48,388 nt of DNA from Octopus bimaculoides (Eukaryota). Position numbers and translations under genes: made by a program. Below are positions 13,633 through 28,085 of the stretch, in pieces. The DNA lies in the NCBI RefSeq assembly GCF_001194135.2, contig NC_068981.1, positions 147,533,353-147,581,740 of the forward strand, written 5' to 3'. The notes below the pieces were generated by a model that saw only the letters and a program-made list of their open reading frames with translations, searched no databases and had not been told where the DNA came from. Positions within the stretch are counted from its first letter, which is position 1; every line of letters starts with the position of its first letter.

Positions 13633-14746
13633 ATTTTATATAGTTGACTCATGGTATGTTTTCACCCATCTTGCATACTTCATTCATAATGAATGTTTTA
13701 TACAGACATTTCTCTAACATACCAATACTTTGTTAGTTCACCTGAACAGTTATATTAAGTCAATAGCATCACATGTGCACTTCCATCAGGCAATAATGAA
13801 ATCAGATATGTTATAGATAAAAGAAAAGGAAATGCTCTCTTACAGATCAACACCAACACTACCTATGAACTGTGGTTTTTAACTTGACCAGCAGTAGCCC
13901 CCTTCAAATTGACAAGAAATTATTTCCTATCTTTTACCATTTTGGTGTAACCTTTCTTTACTTTGTTCAAGCACATCTATGGCCAAATCCAGGTGTAGCC
14001 ATTGAAGAGCCCTGCTCTGATTTGCTCTATCATACCTACGGCAAATCAATCAACGGTCATCCTGTCATTATCGTTATTCATTACTTAGGTTCAGAGAAAT
14101 GGCTTAATAGAAGTGAAGAACTTGTTTAGGTTAATTTATTTATATTAAATATTTTGTAAAATTTATCTTAAGATCAATGATAATTTTCCTCAAATTTCAA
14201 GAAATGTGGCCATCATCATCATCATTTAATGTTCGTTGCCTATGCTGGCATGGGTTGGATGGTTTGACGAGGGCTGGTATGCTGGAAGGCTGCACCAGAC
14301 TCCAGTCTGATTTAGCATGGTTTTCTACGGCTGAATGCCCTTCCTCATGCCAACCACTCTGAGAGTGTAATGGGTGCTTTTACGTGCCAACAGTACAGGT
14401 GCCATTTGCATGACACCAGGATCTGCCACAACAGCGATTTTACTTGGCTCGATGGATGTCTCTGTGAGGTCCAACACTTGAAAGAAACTCAGCCACTTTG
14501 CCAATAAATATTTTATCAGATTAAAAAAATTAAACACCAATGATAAATAAAAGCTTAAAAATGTCATTAGTTTAAAACAACTCTCATGATTGTTTTCTTA
14601 TTGAGGAAACTACTTGGACACAGAACTTATTAATGGATCTGAAGGAAGGAAGTATTATTTGGATTACATCATTAAAATGCAAAAATGCAGCTACATTTAT
14701 TGTATGGTATATATACATGATATGGCTTACTCAAATTTAAAACTAC

Positions 14747-14827
<81 letters not shown>

Positions 14828-16119
14828 CATACTACATACATACATGCATATATATTCACACACAAACATAAAAGTGTGTGTGTATGTGTATATATCAGTG
14901 TCAATAGTGAGCTTTTCCTTTCCTGTATTTCTTTCTGTCTTCAAGTGGAGAAGAGAAACCTTAAGCCTCAAACCATTTTCCACTTGTCTGTCAAAAATAA
15001 TTAAGAAAGATAATGGACATAGGATACTAATGGTCTAACTAGCGACATATGAAAAACAAAAACTTGGGGAAGTTCATATGAGTAATGATGTTGAAATGTG
15101 TGTTTATGTAAGGAAGTTAGTGTTAATTAGGGGATTGAAAGAGGAAATTTGCAGCTGGCTAAAGGGATGTTTGAATCCAAATTAATAATGGAGCAGGTCA
15201 AATTAAGAACTGACATAGTACCCACTAAGTATTATATATATATATATATATTTATACACACGCACATATATATATGCATGTATATATATATATATATATA
15301 TATATAAAGGCTAAGACACTAGCTCCACCTTCACTGAAGAAATAAATGACACACACAGGCAATGGTTTCACTAGGATATTTTTTTACCAAAAAATTTGTT
15401 TATGCAAAAAAAAAATTCAACACTAAATTTATTACCTAATTTTAATAATCAAGAATTGAGAAGTTTAGAGGCTAAACAATTAACTTTTGATATTAATACT
15501 ATTTAACCAATGAAAACTACTATTTTTCATGTAATAATGATATTACAGTTCAAGATTTGAATTCAAATATGACTGCAAGCTATCTTGGAAGGTGTGTGTT
15601 AGAAATGTTAAATATTGTCATATTTACTTTCACGTCTCATGTATGGCTACTGAAAGATTATCTACGGTTATATTATGATTAAGGTTAGTACAACTAAAAT
15701 TCACATCAGTAAATAAAATAATATAAATCAGAATAAATGACTGTAGAGGTGTAGGAAGCTTATAAGAAAGTATTGTGGATCATATATATATATATATATA
15801 TGATCCATGAATGAGTGGACAAACGAAAGAAATATATGTATATACAATCAACAGATGAAATTTAGAGATGCTCAATATAGAAAACAGTAGCACTCAAATG
15901 ATTTGAGCTTCCCAGAAACAGCTGTCAGACCTGTAACACCATACCTTCTGCTTTAATTTACTGTACCTTTGTACTCTGTATAAGCTTGCTCAGTTAATTT
16001 ATAAATATCTATATATTCATTGTCTGAATATTTTCAGCCTTTGCTTTCTCTCTGTATACATGTATACATGTATGTATATTTTGTACATCTAACCCAAGCA
16101 GTTTTATTTATTTGCATCA

Positions 16120-16162
<43 letters not shown>

Positions 16163-16189
16163 GTGCTTGAAAAGACACATCAAGCTAAG

Positions 16190-16440
16190 TAAAAGTGTGG
16201 TTGTCCTTGCAACCCTCTCCAGCTGAATATCTCTAATCTCACAGGCTTGTAGGTGCTGTGTAAAAGCAGCCAATAGACTCTATAAAGTGGTTGGCATTAA
16301 GAAGGGCATCCAGCTGTAGAAACCATGCCAAAAGAGACAGAGAGCCTGAACAGCCTTTCAGCAGGTCAGCTCCAGTCAAGCCGACCAATCCATGCCAGCA
16401 TGAAAAATGGATGTTAAATGATGATGATGATGGTGATGAT
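16190..16440 (+). mobile_element. Short element ending in the RTE 3' tail (representative of a family)
   Basis: GTTGGCATTAAGAAGGGCATCCAGCTGTAGAAACCATGCC...CCATGCCAGCATG...GTTAAATGATGATGATG matches the RTE tail at 3648-3790. Similar tails occur at about 1145-1208, 1852-1990, 3090-3205, 6770-6960, 14215-14500, 20350-20460, 22600-22645, 32780-32825, 36780-36835 and 46100-46240. Confidence 0.7.
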
Positions 16441-17321
16441 AAATGGAGATAATTTTTTTAGAAAATGTGCAAGGGTGAATCTCAACTGGAACAGTGGCTG
16501 ACTTCAAGACATTGCATAAATAAAGTAAAAATGTATTTTGAAGAGCTTAAACATGTAATTTAAAGATTAAATAAACAAAGAATTCATCTTCAAAGTGGGC
16601 AACATCACAGGGATTATTAGAAAACAAATCTTTAGAAACATTATTTTTTAAACCTCAAATTTTTAATGGAAAATTCAAAATTTCAGTAAAAGTAATTCCT
16701 TGACAAATATGAAGTGGTAAAAAAATTTATCGTGTTAATTGCTCCTTTATAGAGACCTATTTAGTCTAAATGGAGCAGACTAAATAATTACACATGAATA
16801 TTTGGGTTATATAAACAGAATTAAGTGCTACTGTTAGCAGATTTTTACTGTGGCATCATACTATGGTCATAGTATTAGAAAGAACTACAGAACTGTAAGA
16901 ATAGTATATACACTTGCTTCTTTCATTTGTTCAAGATTTTTTTATCTTATGTTTTTTATTTGTTTAAGTAATTGGACTGTGGCCATGCTGGGGTACCACC
17001 TTGAAGAATTTTAAGTCAAATGAATTGATTCCAGTATTTAATTATAAGCCGAGTACTTCTATTGGTCTCTTTTGCCAAACTGCTAAGTTACAGGGACATA
17101 AACACACCAACATCAGTTATGAAGTAGTGGGAGGGAGGACAAACACAAAGACACACACACACACACACACATGACTTCTTTCAGTTTCCGTCAACCAAAT
17201 CCACTCATAAGGCTTTCGTTGGCTCAAGGCTATAGAAGACACTTGCTCAAGGTGCCACACAATGGGATTGAACTGAGAACGATGTGGCTGAGAAGCAAGT
17301 TTCTTACCACACAGCCACACC

Positions 17322-17729
17322 NNNNNNNNNNNNNNNNNNNNNNNNNNNNNNNNNNNNNNNNNNNNNNNNNNNNNNNNNNNNNNNNNNNNNNNNNNNNNNN
17401 NNNNNNNNNNNNNNNNNNNNNNNNNNNNNNNNNNNNNNNNNNNNNNNNNNNNNNNNNNNNNNNNNNNNNNNNNNNNNNNNNNNNNNNNNNNNNNNNNNNN
17501 NNNNNNNNNNNNNNNNNNNNNNNNNNNNNNNNNNNNNNNNNNNNNNNNNNNNNNNNNNNNNNNNNNNNNNNNNNNNNNNNNNNNNNNNNNNNNNNNNNNN
17601 NNNNNNNNNNNNNNNNNNNNNNNNNNNNNNNNNNNNNNNNNNNNNNNNNNNNNNNNNNNNNNNNNNNNNNNNNNNNNNNNNNNNNNNNNNNNNNNNNNNN
17701 NNNNNNNNNNNNNNNNNNNNNNNNNNNNN
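17322..17729. other. Assembly gap (408 N); smaller gaps at 26889-26898, 28431-28452, 37547-37556 and 42366-42415
   Basis: Runs of N. Several long ORF-track entries are artefacts of these gaps. Confidence 0.98.
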
Positions 17730-19103
17730 ATGTCGCACTACATAAGCACCCATGAAGTAGCAATTCCTTTGGCCAGTTTTCTGAGAGCTAATTAGATTTA
17801 GAGAAGTAAAATGTGACTCAGCCATGGTCCTTGAACCACTTGATGACCATTGTCCTTAATCTAGGCAAGTCCTGTTTATAAAAAAAAAAAAATACTAAGC
17901 ATTGTTTTTATTCATTTGATTTTTATTTATTTATCCTCAAAAAATTCTCAGGAAAAGTTGAATATTACTAAATTAATAGAAAGAAATCAATTCATCCAAC
18001 TCAAATAGATACAAATATTTTTTTTCTTCTACTTTATTTAAATGCAGGCAAGGTTGTATGGTTAAGAAGCTTGTTTTGCAATCATGTGGTTCCAGGTTCA
18101 GTCCCATTGCATAGCACCTTGGGCAAGTGTCTTCTACTACAGCTCTAGGCTGGCCGATGCCTTGTGAGAGATGGAAGCAGTGTGGAAGTAAGCTGTGTGT
18201 GTGTGTGTGTGTCTGTCTGTGTCCCCTGTCACCGCTTGACAATGTTGCTTTATTTACATTACCAGATTTAAAAAAAAAAAAAAAAAAAACGGGGTTGATT
18301 TGGTCAACTAAAACTCAAGGAGGTGCCCCAGCATGGCTATACTCCAACAACTGAAGCAAATAAAGAATAAGATATAAATAAAATATTAACTTTACATTAT
18401 CTTTTAAAAAAATAATACCTCAGTGGAAAGTTTGATGTTTAAATGACTAAGTACTTGACCATTTTAAAGAGGAAACAAGTGTATTGTAACAAAAATAGTT
18501 GGATCTAGTTTATGGTGCATGGCTTTTCTATCTAACTAACATTAGCAGGAAATGGCTAGCAACTACCAATCAGAGTATATATTTAATCAACAACATTTAA
18601 GAAGCTGGCTAAAATTAGAAAAAAAAACACATATAAATCTAAATTATTATGACAACAAAACAAGCCACCTGAACATGTCTTGCCTTGTAAACTATAGCTC
18701 TAATAGAGGTTAATATATGTTAGCATCAAAGCAGTTACTTAAAGTTTGTTCATATTTGTAGTAATGACTTGTTCAGCTGCTTAAGTGATATATAATCAAA
18801 TACTAGATCTTATCTTTTAAACAATTATTTTCCCATATTTCACTAGAGATATGTTTCAGCAGCTACAGCTGAAATACAACAATTAAAATTAACCATTATA
18901 TGAACAGAAAATAATTGTTACTTATTTTTTTTTACCAAACTATAAGATGAAACAAAAAGTTCTTCATTTATAAATTAATAGATTTGTTTCTGCCACCGCC
19001 ACCATTTGACAACAGGTGTTTGTTTATGTACTAATAATCTAGCAGTTCAGCAAAAGAGGCCTATAGAGTAAGTACCAGAGTTTTAAAAAAAACAAAAACA
19101 TAA

Positions 19104-19270
19104 GGCGCAGGAGTGGCTGTGTGGTAAGTAGCTTGCTTACCAACCACATGGTTCCAGGTTCATTCCCACTGTGTGGCACCTTGGGCAAGTGTCTTCTACT
19201 ATAGCCTCGGGCTGACCAAAGCCTTGTGAGTGGATTTGGTAGACGGAAACTGAAAGAAGCCTGTCGTATA

Positions 19271-19302
<32 letters not shown>

Positions 19303-19525
19303 ATATATATGTATGTGTGTGTATATGTCTGTGTTTGTCCCCCCAACATCGCTTGACAACCGATGCTGGTGTGTTTACGTCCCCGTAACCTTAGCGATTC
19401 GGCAAAAGAGACCGATAGAATAAGTACTAGGCTTACAAAGAATAAGTCCTGGGGTCGATTTGCTCGACTAAAGGCAGTGCTCCAGCATGGCCGCAGTCAA
19501 ATGACTGAAACAAGTAAAAGAGAGA
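19104..19525 (+). mobile_element. Full-length young tRNA-derived SINE (family B) with an internal (TA)/(TG) microsatellite
   Basis: A-box-like TGGCTGTGTGGTAAG, B-box-like GGTTCATTCCC, central CCTTGGGCAAGTGTCTTCTACTATAGCC, internal microsatellite at about 19268-19330, and an AAAAGAG tail. CpGs are intact. Partial copies occur at about 8520-8650(-), 17090-17321(-), 18045-18370(+), 20018-20330(+) and 45890-46000(+). Confidence 0.8.
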
Positions 19526-22500
19526 GTACTGGAGTAGATTTGTTTGATTAAAACTCTTCAAGATGGCACCCCAGCATGGCCACAGTCCAATGATTGAAAC
19601 AAATAAATAGATAAAGGTATATGAAATCAAAACAGTTTTCCATCTCTAACCCTTTCATTACCATATTTCTGTTGAAGTACACTGCTTTTGTTTCTATTAA
19701 TTTCACAAAGAAAGAAGAATTTCATCAAATAATTTCATCATTATTAAGTTAGTGTTTAGAACATAAATTAACATGGAATTTTAATGGAAGCTTTTAATTT
19801 AGATGACTTTTAAATTGGAAATTTGTATCAAAGGAGCAGGGGCAGTCTTAGGTGAGTTGGCATCAAAAGGGTTAACAAAGAAATGTTAAAAACTACCCAA
19901 AAAGTGGTAAATCCCTCAAAAGCTTAAAACTTCTAAACAACTAGAACTCTAAGAAATCATCAAGACTCCAAACCCAAATACATGAAGAGTTGTAGAATGA
20001 AGTTCCTAACAGGTACAGGTAGGTCGTGTGGTAAAGAAGTTTGTGAACTCAGCTTCAGTCCCACTGCACAGTATCTTCTACAATAACCCCAGGCTGACAA
20101 ATGTCTTGTGAGTGAATTTAGTAAACAGAAACTGTGTGGAAGCTCATCATATATGTATACATACATATGTCTTTTTGCTTGTATCCCACTACCCACTGCT
20201 TGATAACTGGTGCTAGTTTGTCTACAGTGCCATAACTTAGCGATTTGGCAAAAGTGACCAACAAAATAATACCAGATTTTAAAAAAATATGTACTAGGGT
20301 CAATTTGTTTGGCTAATCCCTGCCCTGTGGTGTACTTGTATGTACAAAATATAGTATGGGTTGGATGGTTTGATAGAATCTGGCAAGTCACAAGGCTGTG
20401 TCAAGTTCCAATGTCAGCTCTGACATGGCTTCTATGGCTGAATGTCCTTCCCAATACCAACCATTTTTCATATCACCAGCACATGTGAGGTTGCAAAGTA
20501 ACTTGCAAGACAAGTGTGAGAAGGAGAAAAGAAAAAGCCCCTTGAGAAGGTAGGGTAGGGGTTATTTGAGAAGGGGTGAGACGATGGTTCTGTGCCAGGG
20601 ATCAAGAGGTTAAAATGTGATAGAGGGACAAGCGCAGGTATCTTTCTATAGAGGAGATATATGAGCGGTCAAGTTGCAAAACCCATTCAATAAAATAAGT
20701 ACCAGACTACAGTAAGTACTGAGGTCCAATGACTGTAACCATAAATGGCAAATCAGAATTCCCAGTTAGAGTATAACTAAACTTGTTTGTTTAAACATCT
20801 ATGGTGAACACACACACACAAAAAAGTAATAGTATAAACTCCAAATACGGTACTAGATAATAAAGAATAGTTCTTTGAGCACAGAATTTTACAAAAAGAA
20901 TTACAATATGTGACTGCCACAACACAATTTAAAAACCCAGACAGACAGACTGGTTGTTGTTGTTTGGCACCAGGTCAGTTCTGATGAGTGAACTCGTTAT
21001 CAAATGCATTGTAGCTGCAACCATCTCGTTTTGCATACTTAGGACTACAGAGTCAAATGAGTGCCATTTTTTTCCAAAGACAGAAGTGTGTGTTTGATTT
21101 AGGGAAATTTGCATGTTTTTTCTAGTGGTTAAAGTTAACCATGTAGAGGTTATCCCACTGGCTCAAGTTAGTATCTAGTATATCACTCATGTAACCCTTG
21201 CACTACTCCAAGCCAACTATTAATATATACATTTCTTTTCTAATAAGGTTAATTTTTGCATAGGAGGGGATAGTTTATTAAAGAGAACCCAACATGTAAC
21301 AAATACTTATTTCATTGAAGAGAATAGTGAATCATACCTATGTAAATAATTTAACCTGGCTCAACTACTGCAGATCACCAGCCGATAAATAATAAAAAAC
21401 ACATAAGGTAACTGACCTGGTTTAGCTTTTCAGAGTCTCAACACCTTTGAAATGATAGCCATAGTAAATGGTGAATATTTAAAATAAAGGGGTTTTTTTG
21501 TCTTTTCTCTTACTATTGGCAGATTAATGATAATGCAACAGCACTATGATATGAGGCATATAACATTGCCTGTTCCAGCTGAAACACTTTTTGTATTGAA
21601 ATAATAAATACCACCTGGCATCATTTTAAAGTTTAATCAGCATCATCTGGAAGATTAATCTGCAAACCAATATTTGTAGTTGGGATAATGTTATCAACCT
21701 ACATAATCACGATGTGTTCAAGAAAGAAGTAGAAAAAATTTTGAAATATCCTGAGCTGAAAATACGAAGAACATTTCAGATTTGTCATCAAAATAAACCA
21801 TTATTATTTTTCTATATAACTTATAAAACAAAAGAAATTCTTCTTTCAGTTAATCTTGTCTGAGATAACTGTTTCTGCAAAAAGAAAAAAAAAAAAACAA
21901 TGGTGATTTAATCTAGCTTAAACTCCACAAAATATTTCTTTGTTCTAACAGAATGGGCAGAATTGCTATTATTTAAACAGAAATAGCAAAACTAATTTGC
22001 TACATATAAGACAAAGTTTAAAAAAAAAACACAAAAAGACCCTTTAGACAGATCAAAATATTCTTAAAATCAGAGACAAAATAAGATGCAAGAAACATTG
22101 AAATATACTTAATATCTATTTTACTGTGTTGTTCTTGTTTATAATAATTCCAATTTTTTCCACAAGGCCAGCAATTTGGGGAGGAGGAGCTAGTCGATAG
22201 CATTCATCCCAGTGCTCAATTGGTACTTATTTCATTGACCTCTAAAGAATGAAAGGCAAAGTTGAACACGGCAGAATTTGAACTTGGAAATGTAAAGCCA
22301 CAAGAAATGTCACTAAGCATTTTGTCTGGGGCACTAATGATTTTGTCAGCTCTCAGCCTTCCTCTAGTTTATAATAATAATATTACTGTTTCTAACACAG
22401 ACAAAGCCAAAAAGATTTTGGAGAGAGCATTAATTGATTACATCAACTGGTATGTGGGTGGTACTTTATTTTGTTGACTTTGAAAGGATTAAAGGCAGAG

Positions 22501-25500
22501 ATGGTAATAATAATAATAATAATGGTTTCTGATTTAGGTACAAGGCCAGGATTTTGAGGGAAAATTACATTGACTGACACTACATTTTATCAACCTTGGT
22601 TTCATGCTAGCATAGAAGGCGGACGTTAAACGATGATGATGATGAATGTAAAGAGCATTTCTCTGATATTCAAATGATTCTGCAGCTTGCCACCCTTATA
22701 TTAATGATTTCTGATTTAGGCACAAAGCCAGCAATTCTGAGAAGAGGGGATCAACAATAACTTGGCACTTAATTTTATTAACAACAGAAGAATAAGGGCA
22801 AAGCTGACCTTAGTGAAATTTGAATTCAGATTGTAAAGTGCCGGAACAAATGCCAAAAGACATTTTTTACATTCTAGCCTTTCTGGGATTTTGAAAACAG
22901 AAAGTAAAGAGTCAGAAAGAAAAACTGCAAAGGATTTTATCTGACCCTCTATCGATTCTGCTAATAAGAGCAGAAATTTGGGGGATTAAATAAAGACTTT
23001 GCAAAACAAAAATTAAGTTAAGGAACTCCCCCTCTCTCTTTGCATAGTTGAGAGACAGGAACTGAGCATATAGACAACGTGTATTTAAAATTAGCAGTGC
23101 TATTTATTTCTTACAAGTACGGAATATTCTTTAACTTATTGAATGGCAGAACTTAATTCCTATCCTTCATAAATGATATTAGCTACAAATAACTAGCATT
23201 TCCTATTAAAAAGTGCGGTTTATAAACTAATTAACAGAAAGTATGACGGCATTAATAACAATGTATAATAAAAGATAAACATTTCAGTCGCGACCACATT
23301 AACAAAGGGACATGCTTACTTAGAAAGCCACGAGATGTGAGAAGTGAAATACCAAAAATTCTAAAAGCTATGGAAATGGTGAAATGATAGAGCAAGGTAA
23401 AGTAATTGTATGTTAAGTAAATGGCAGAGCAACAAAATAGAAAGTAGTACCATGAAAGGAGAAGTAGAGAGAATGTGTTTGAACAACTAGAATAGTTCAG
23501 GCCAGTGCACAGGTCACGGTTTAAGCGTGATGCAACGAAGCGCATAGAAGGCGCTGGAGTAATTATTTATTATTCAATAGTGCAGATTACCCGACCGTAC
23601 ATTATAATACATGCTGATCTTGGCATTGGACAAAGACAAAATATGTTGGCCAATAAAATGATAACCCTCTAGTTATAAACAAGTTCAATTATTCGTCTTC
23701 TCCGAGATAGAAATGCTTTTCTCCAATAATACACGAATCCTCTTTGTGCTTAATAAGGAAACGCATCGTTATCTATTTCGATACTATATATATTTAAGCC
23801 ACACAAATGTAAATGTAAAACTTAAACTAAATTGCTTTTGTAAAAGAAATTCCGAATGTTAAATATTTATTTTATTAAAAGCTATCGCATTAAATTATAA
23901 TCCCAACAATTATACACTGGAAAAATATTTGTATTTTATGTAAACGACCGCTTCTATTTAAATACTTATAAAAACCCTAAGGAAATATAATGACTGAACT
24001 ATATTTTATATCACCTTTCTCATTTTCTTTGGCACAGAACGATGTCCATGATAATTAAATAGATGGTTTAAGTAATCTTAAAATAAACGTTGGAGTTAAT
24101 AACTCCGAGGGAAGGTAAAGGCGATTTATGTTGGTTGTGATATACAGAGCAGCAAACTTCAGTCTGCAATAGCGTTTTCTAATGGCAAGACTACATTAAA
24201 TTATAGTTTCTCTTAATAATCACAGAAAAGTGAGAATAAAGCAATATATGAGAAACTTAGATGTCACAAATCTTTTTCCAATAATTATCAACAATTCCTG
24301 CTGAAAGACTCGCCATAATCCTGTCTTTGGGTAATCTTAAGACGTGAAGCTAAAGAAAGCAAGAACGAAAGAGAAAGAACGAGAAAGCGAGGAGAGTAAG
24401 TGGCATACACCATATAAAAATCAAAGAAAAGGGCTTTGCGTGAGCAGAACTGAAACACAGGGGAAAAGACAACTGTATACTGGAAGATTAAGTGGGCGGT
24501 AATATGTGAAAAGTATCCGATTGCCAATAAATCTGGTCGAACCGAACTTTCAACTAGACACGAGAATTATAAACACCCATAATATGAGTAATATATTGCC
24601 GCAAGCTTCATCGTGTATAAACAGAAATCTATAATAGTAGCAGGTACGTACCAGAGAAATAATCAACCCAGGCCTGATACAGACATAAAAAAATAACTGA
24701 TTATAGTTCTTTATTGCATACTGAACGAATTTTCTTTTAATTCCAGATAAATTAAAATACTTAATAAAGCTATAAGAAGCAGACTAATAGAACATTCTCT
24801 TTTAAAGCTATTCGAATACAGAAAAAAAGAAAAGAAACGCATTGAGAACAATACAACCTGCAAAGTATTAGAGAGAAATGTTTTCCTGCTTATTCATTTG
24901 GCATCAAAATGGATCTACACACACGCACACACACACGTGATGTTCCTTAGGTTCAACCAACATCCCTTTTAACGAACTACATTTGATTTTGAATAACAGA
25001 GATCCTTTTAATCAGTTTGAATTCTCGGATTGCAAATAAGCAACTCTAAAAAAAAAAAAAAGAGCAGTGAACAAAGAAAACACAAAATAGTAAACATTTT
25101 TAACATAAGCACTGGTGGGTGTGAACACTCGTTTAAATTGACTCAAGTACTTATTTTATCGACTCTTAAAGGGAGTATATAATATAATTAAAACTATAAA
25201 GCATTAGCAGTATGTGGTTTGCATGTCAGTTATGTCTCAACGAGGGGTAGAGAAAGATAAATAGCGTCAAACAAGTGTTTGGCTTAAGGCATACACCAAA
25301 TCACAAGATAACAGCTAACTCCAACTCAGTCCTAATCGAATAACCTACGGAAAAATGCTGTTCTAGCTTTGATATTTCCATCTTTTGAGTTTACTCCATT
25401 ATATTATCTAACGTTTTCTTCCTTTTTCAAAGACAACGTATGATTTTAGGGAAATTTGGTTCTTTCTAGCATGTCGAGTGATCGCGTGGACATCCCTCCC

Positions 25501-26846
25501 TGGTTCGAACAAGAAGGAAAGTAGATTTACACAAGAATTTTAGGAACGTGTTTTCGTGTTTAGGATCTTTAAAAGGAAAAGATCCAGGAACGTTTTCCTG
25601 TGAACATCAAAAATTCAATAGAACAAAAATATATTCTTCATTTGAAGAATATACTAAAGAGAATAACAATATCAATAATAGCAATTTTATAAAATTAACC
25701 CAACTGTATTTTTCTGTCATTAGAGAGACCGAAATGTCTGCTTTGAGGATATGGTTTCGATTGAGTTTTGTAAGCAAGCTGTGAAATGGTCGGCCAAGTT
25801 ATCAAAACAAGACAGAAAACTATTGATGGCACACAATCTCAATTTTCGCCGATACTATACAAATAACGTAATGAAGGTACTGTATGTCTGACTGTAAAAG
25901 CCAGAACGGTGTTACGAACACAGGCCACATTTTGTAAGAGGGATATTAGTCAACTATATTGACATGACACTTGGAGAGAAGAAAAAGTAAAAGTTAACTC
26001 ATACGCAAAAGCATACATGCAAAGAGATAAAACAGAAAAAAAACTTCATCCTCTCCTATCAACTCCTTTTAAAATATACGACTAAATGAATGCGAAATGC
26101 AATAAAAGTAACAATGAAAGAAATAATAGTGTAATAATTAAGAAGTAAATGTGTAAGCAGAGACAAGGTGAACTGGAGGCGTTTTGTTGTAGACGTAACA
26201 ACGTCCAGTTGCTAGCAGGACTAATAAAATAGACCAGTCAACAAACAGCAATGATTAACTGCTTTATTAATAGAACCGGTGACACATTCAATTTTTTATC
26301 CCATTGAAATTTAGTCCACTTTCTGTCGGAACAACTACAGCATAGCGCATACATGCATTGAATACAAAATAAACTTCCAGCCAACGAGAGAACCTGTATA
26401 TGATTGCTTGACATGCTGAAAATAGCAGCAAAATTTCATTCAGATCACTCCGCCTACCGTTTCAAAAGAAAGAAGAAGAAATAAGAGACATTAGATGATG
26501 TGGGCCGAGACACGCTTTTGCTGAAAAAGACGGAATGATTCATGTCTTGAATACCTTAGATTCGATCAGGGTTCAACATCATTAAACAAACTATTTTCTA
26601 GAAAAGAAATCAAAATCCGAGGACGACGAGAGGAATTTAATCAAAAGCGGCAGAAAACTTAATAAAACAGTGAAATGATATTAGAAATTGCTTTTCCGAA
26701 CGACATACGAATTTATAGTTTGCGACTATTTTTCAAGGTTTGACTTTACTAAATCAACTTCATTCCAAATATTTTATTCGAACCAACAAGGCCGTTTGAC
26801 TGGTTTAAAAAGGCAACAAAATCATCATCAAATTACACACTCTATC

Positions 26847-26888
<42 letters not shown>

Positions 26889-27102
26889 NNNNNNNNNNAC
26901 ACATTGTATAATGTAGTCCCAGACACTGATAAAATTTGGGATGGTTATAGTTGGAACACCTCTGATCATAGATTTTGCTCTGGATCAGAGTGGAGCTGGG
27001 TCCTAAACAGGAAAAATAACCCACCATTCTTTGTTAATGAAAGTATTGAGATTAAAAAGAAAGAAAAAAAACTATGGGGCATAATATCAACATTATGTGT
27101 AT

Positions 27103-27156
<54 letters not shown>

Positions 27157-27253
27157 TGATGGAAATTTTGAAAAATGTACCACATTATATTACAAAAATG
27201 AAACTGAATAATAGAAGAGAAGATATATTTAAATCAAAAATATTTAGTTGACC

Positions 27254-27354
27254 AATACTCGAATATACACGCGCGAGTATTTATGGATAGACAGATAGTG
27301 CTTTTTTTCGGACTTATGAACAACTGATTTTATATATACATTGTATGAAGAATA
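27254..27354 (+). repeat. 101-bp near-identical duplicate; the other copy is at 28499-28599
   Basis: AATACTCGAATATACACGCGCGAGTATTTATGGATAGACAG...GAAGAATA, with two substitutions between the copies. Confidence 0.85.
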
Positions 27355-27909
27355 TTTACGATCAAACAATAATTGTTCGAAGAATACATGTGAGAGAGTT
27401 TTAAATGTTAATAAAGAGAGTAAAAGAAATGAACAAAGCTGAGCGTCAAGTTGGAATTGAACCAGACTAAGTTCAAGTGTCACACTTTCTCTTCGCATCT
27501 TATATTCATATTCAGAAAGAAATCATTATTAATTATTATATGAAAAATATTAAAAAATTTAATACGAAATTAATCTGTTTAAAGTTTTAACAGGGAAACT
27601 AGACGAAGTTTCAAAATGCATGTATATGGAAAATTCTTTAAAAGAAATTAAAGTTTAACAACATCAAGAGAACCGGAAAAGCACTGAAGTGGATAAAAGT
27701 TGTAAATTTTGATTAGAATTAAGAGAGTGATTCTGAGAATATGATTGTTTACAACTTTGAAAGTATTATTCTGCAAGGAAGATGATAATTAGATTTTTTC
27801 AACTGTGTGTGTTTGTGTGTATATACAACATGGATGTATGGATAAAATTATCAATGAAAAGAGCAAGTACGTTGCACTGGAAAATGTGATGGCAAAGGAG
27901 ATTGAGGTT

Positions 27910-28085
27910 GTTGTTGTTTAGACCACATATTCCTATTCTAGAAGATCTAGCACGATGCAGTCATGACCATCACACCTTTTCTTTCAGACACACTATAACC
28001 GATTAAATTATCAAGTCCTTTCTTTTTAAAACGATGGGATTTGAGGGAGGAGGTGCTACTATTTTTAGCAGGTTAAGTGTCCACA
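27910..28085 (+). repeat. Dispersed repeat family of about 200 bp (unclassified), representative copy
   Basis: Shared motif ...GATTTGAGGGAGATTTGGCTGCTATTTCTAGCAGG..., also seen in decayed form at about 5940-6010, 20960-21150, 25290-25510, 26395-26590(-), 31730-31880, 35480-35680(-), 36500-36590 and 45330-45490. Confidence 0.5.

Noticed and set aside
15944-15975. Possible exon VQRYSKLKQK|GTATGG that could join LSKGERV*
   Set aside because: The acceptor lacks a polypyrimidine tract, and the joined peptide was not recognised.
17171-17825. Four long ORF-track entries of 153-194 aa
   Set aside because: They are open only because they cross the 408-N gap, and the flanking part is SINE sequence.
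20974-21000. CTGATGAG-TGAA-CTC resembling a hammerhead core (also CTGATGA at about 34975 and 38093)
   Set aside because: No GAAA follows stem II and no stems I or III form. The 20974 site belongs to a dispersed repeat family.
23252-23545. 97-aa hydrophobic minus-strand ORF
   Set aside because: The hydrophobicity reflects T-rich sequence and there is no homology. It is treated only as a possible UTR exon.
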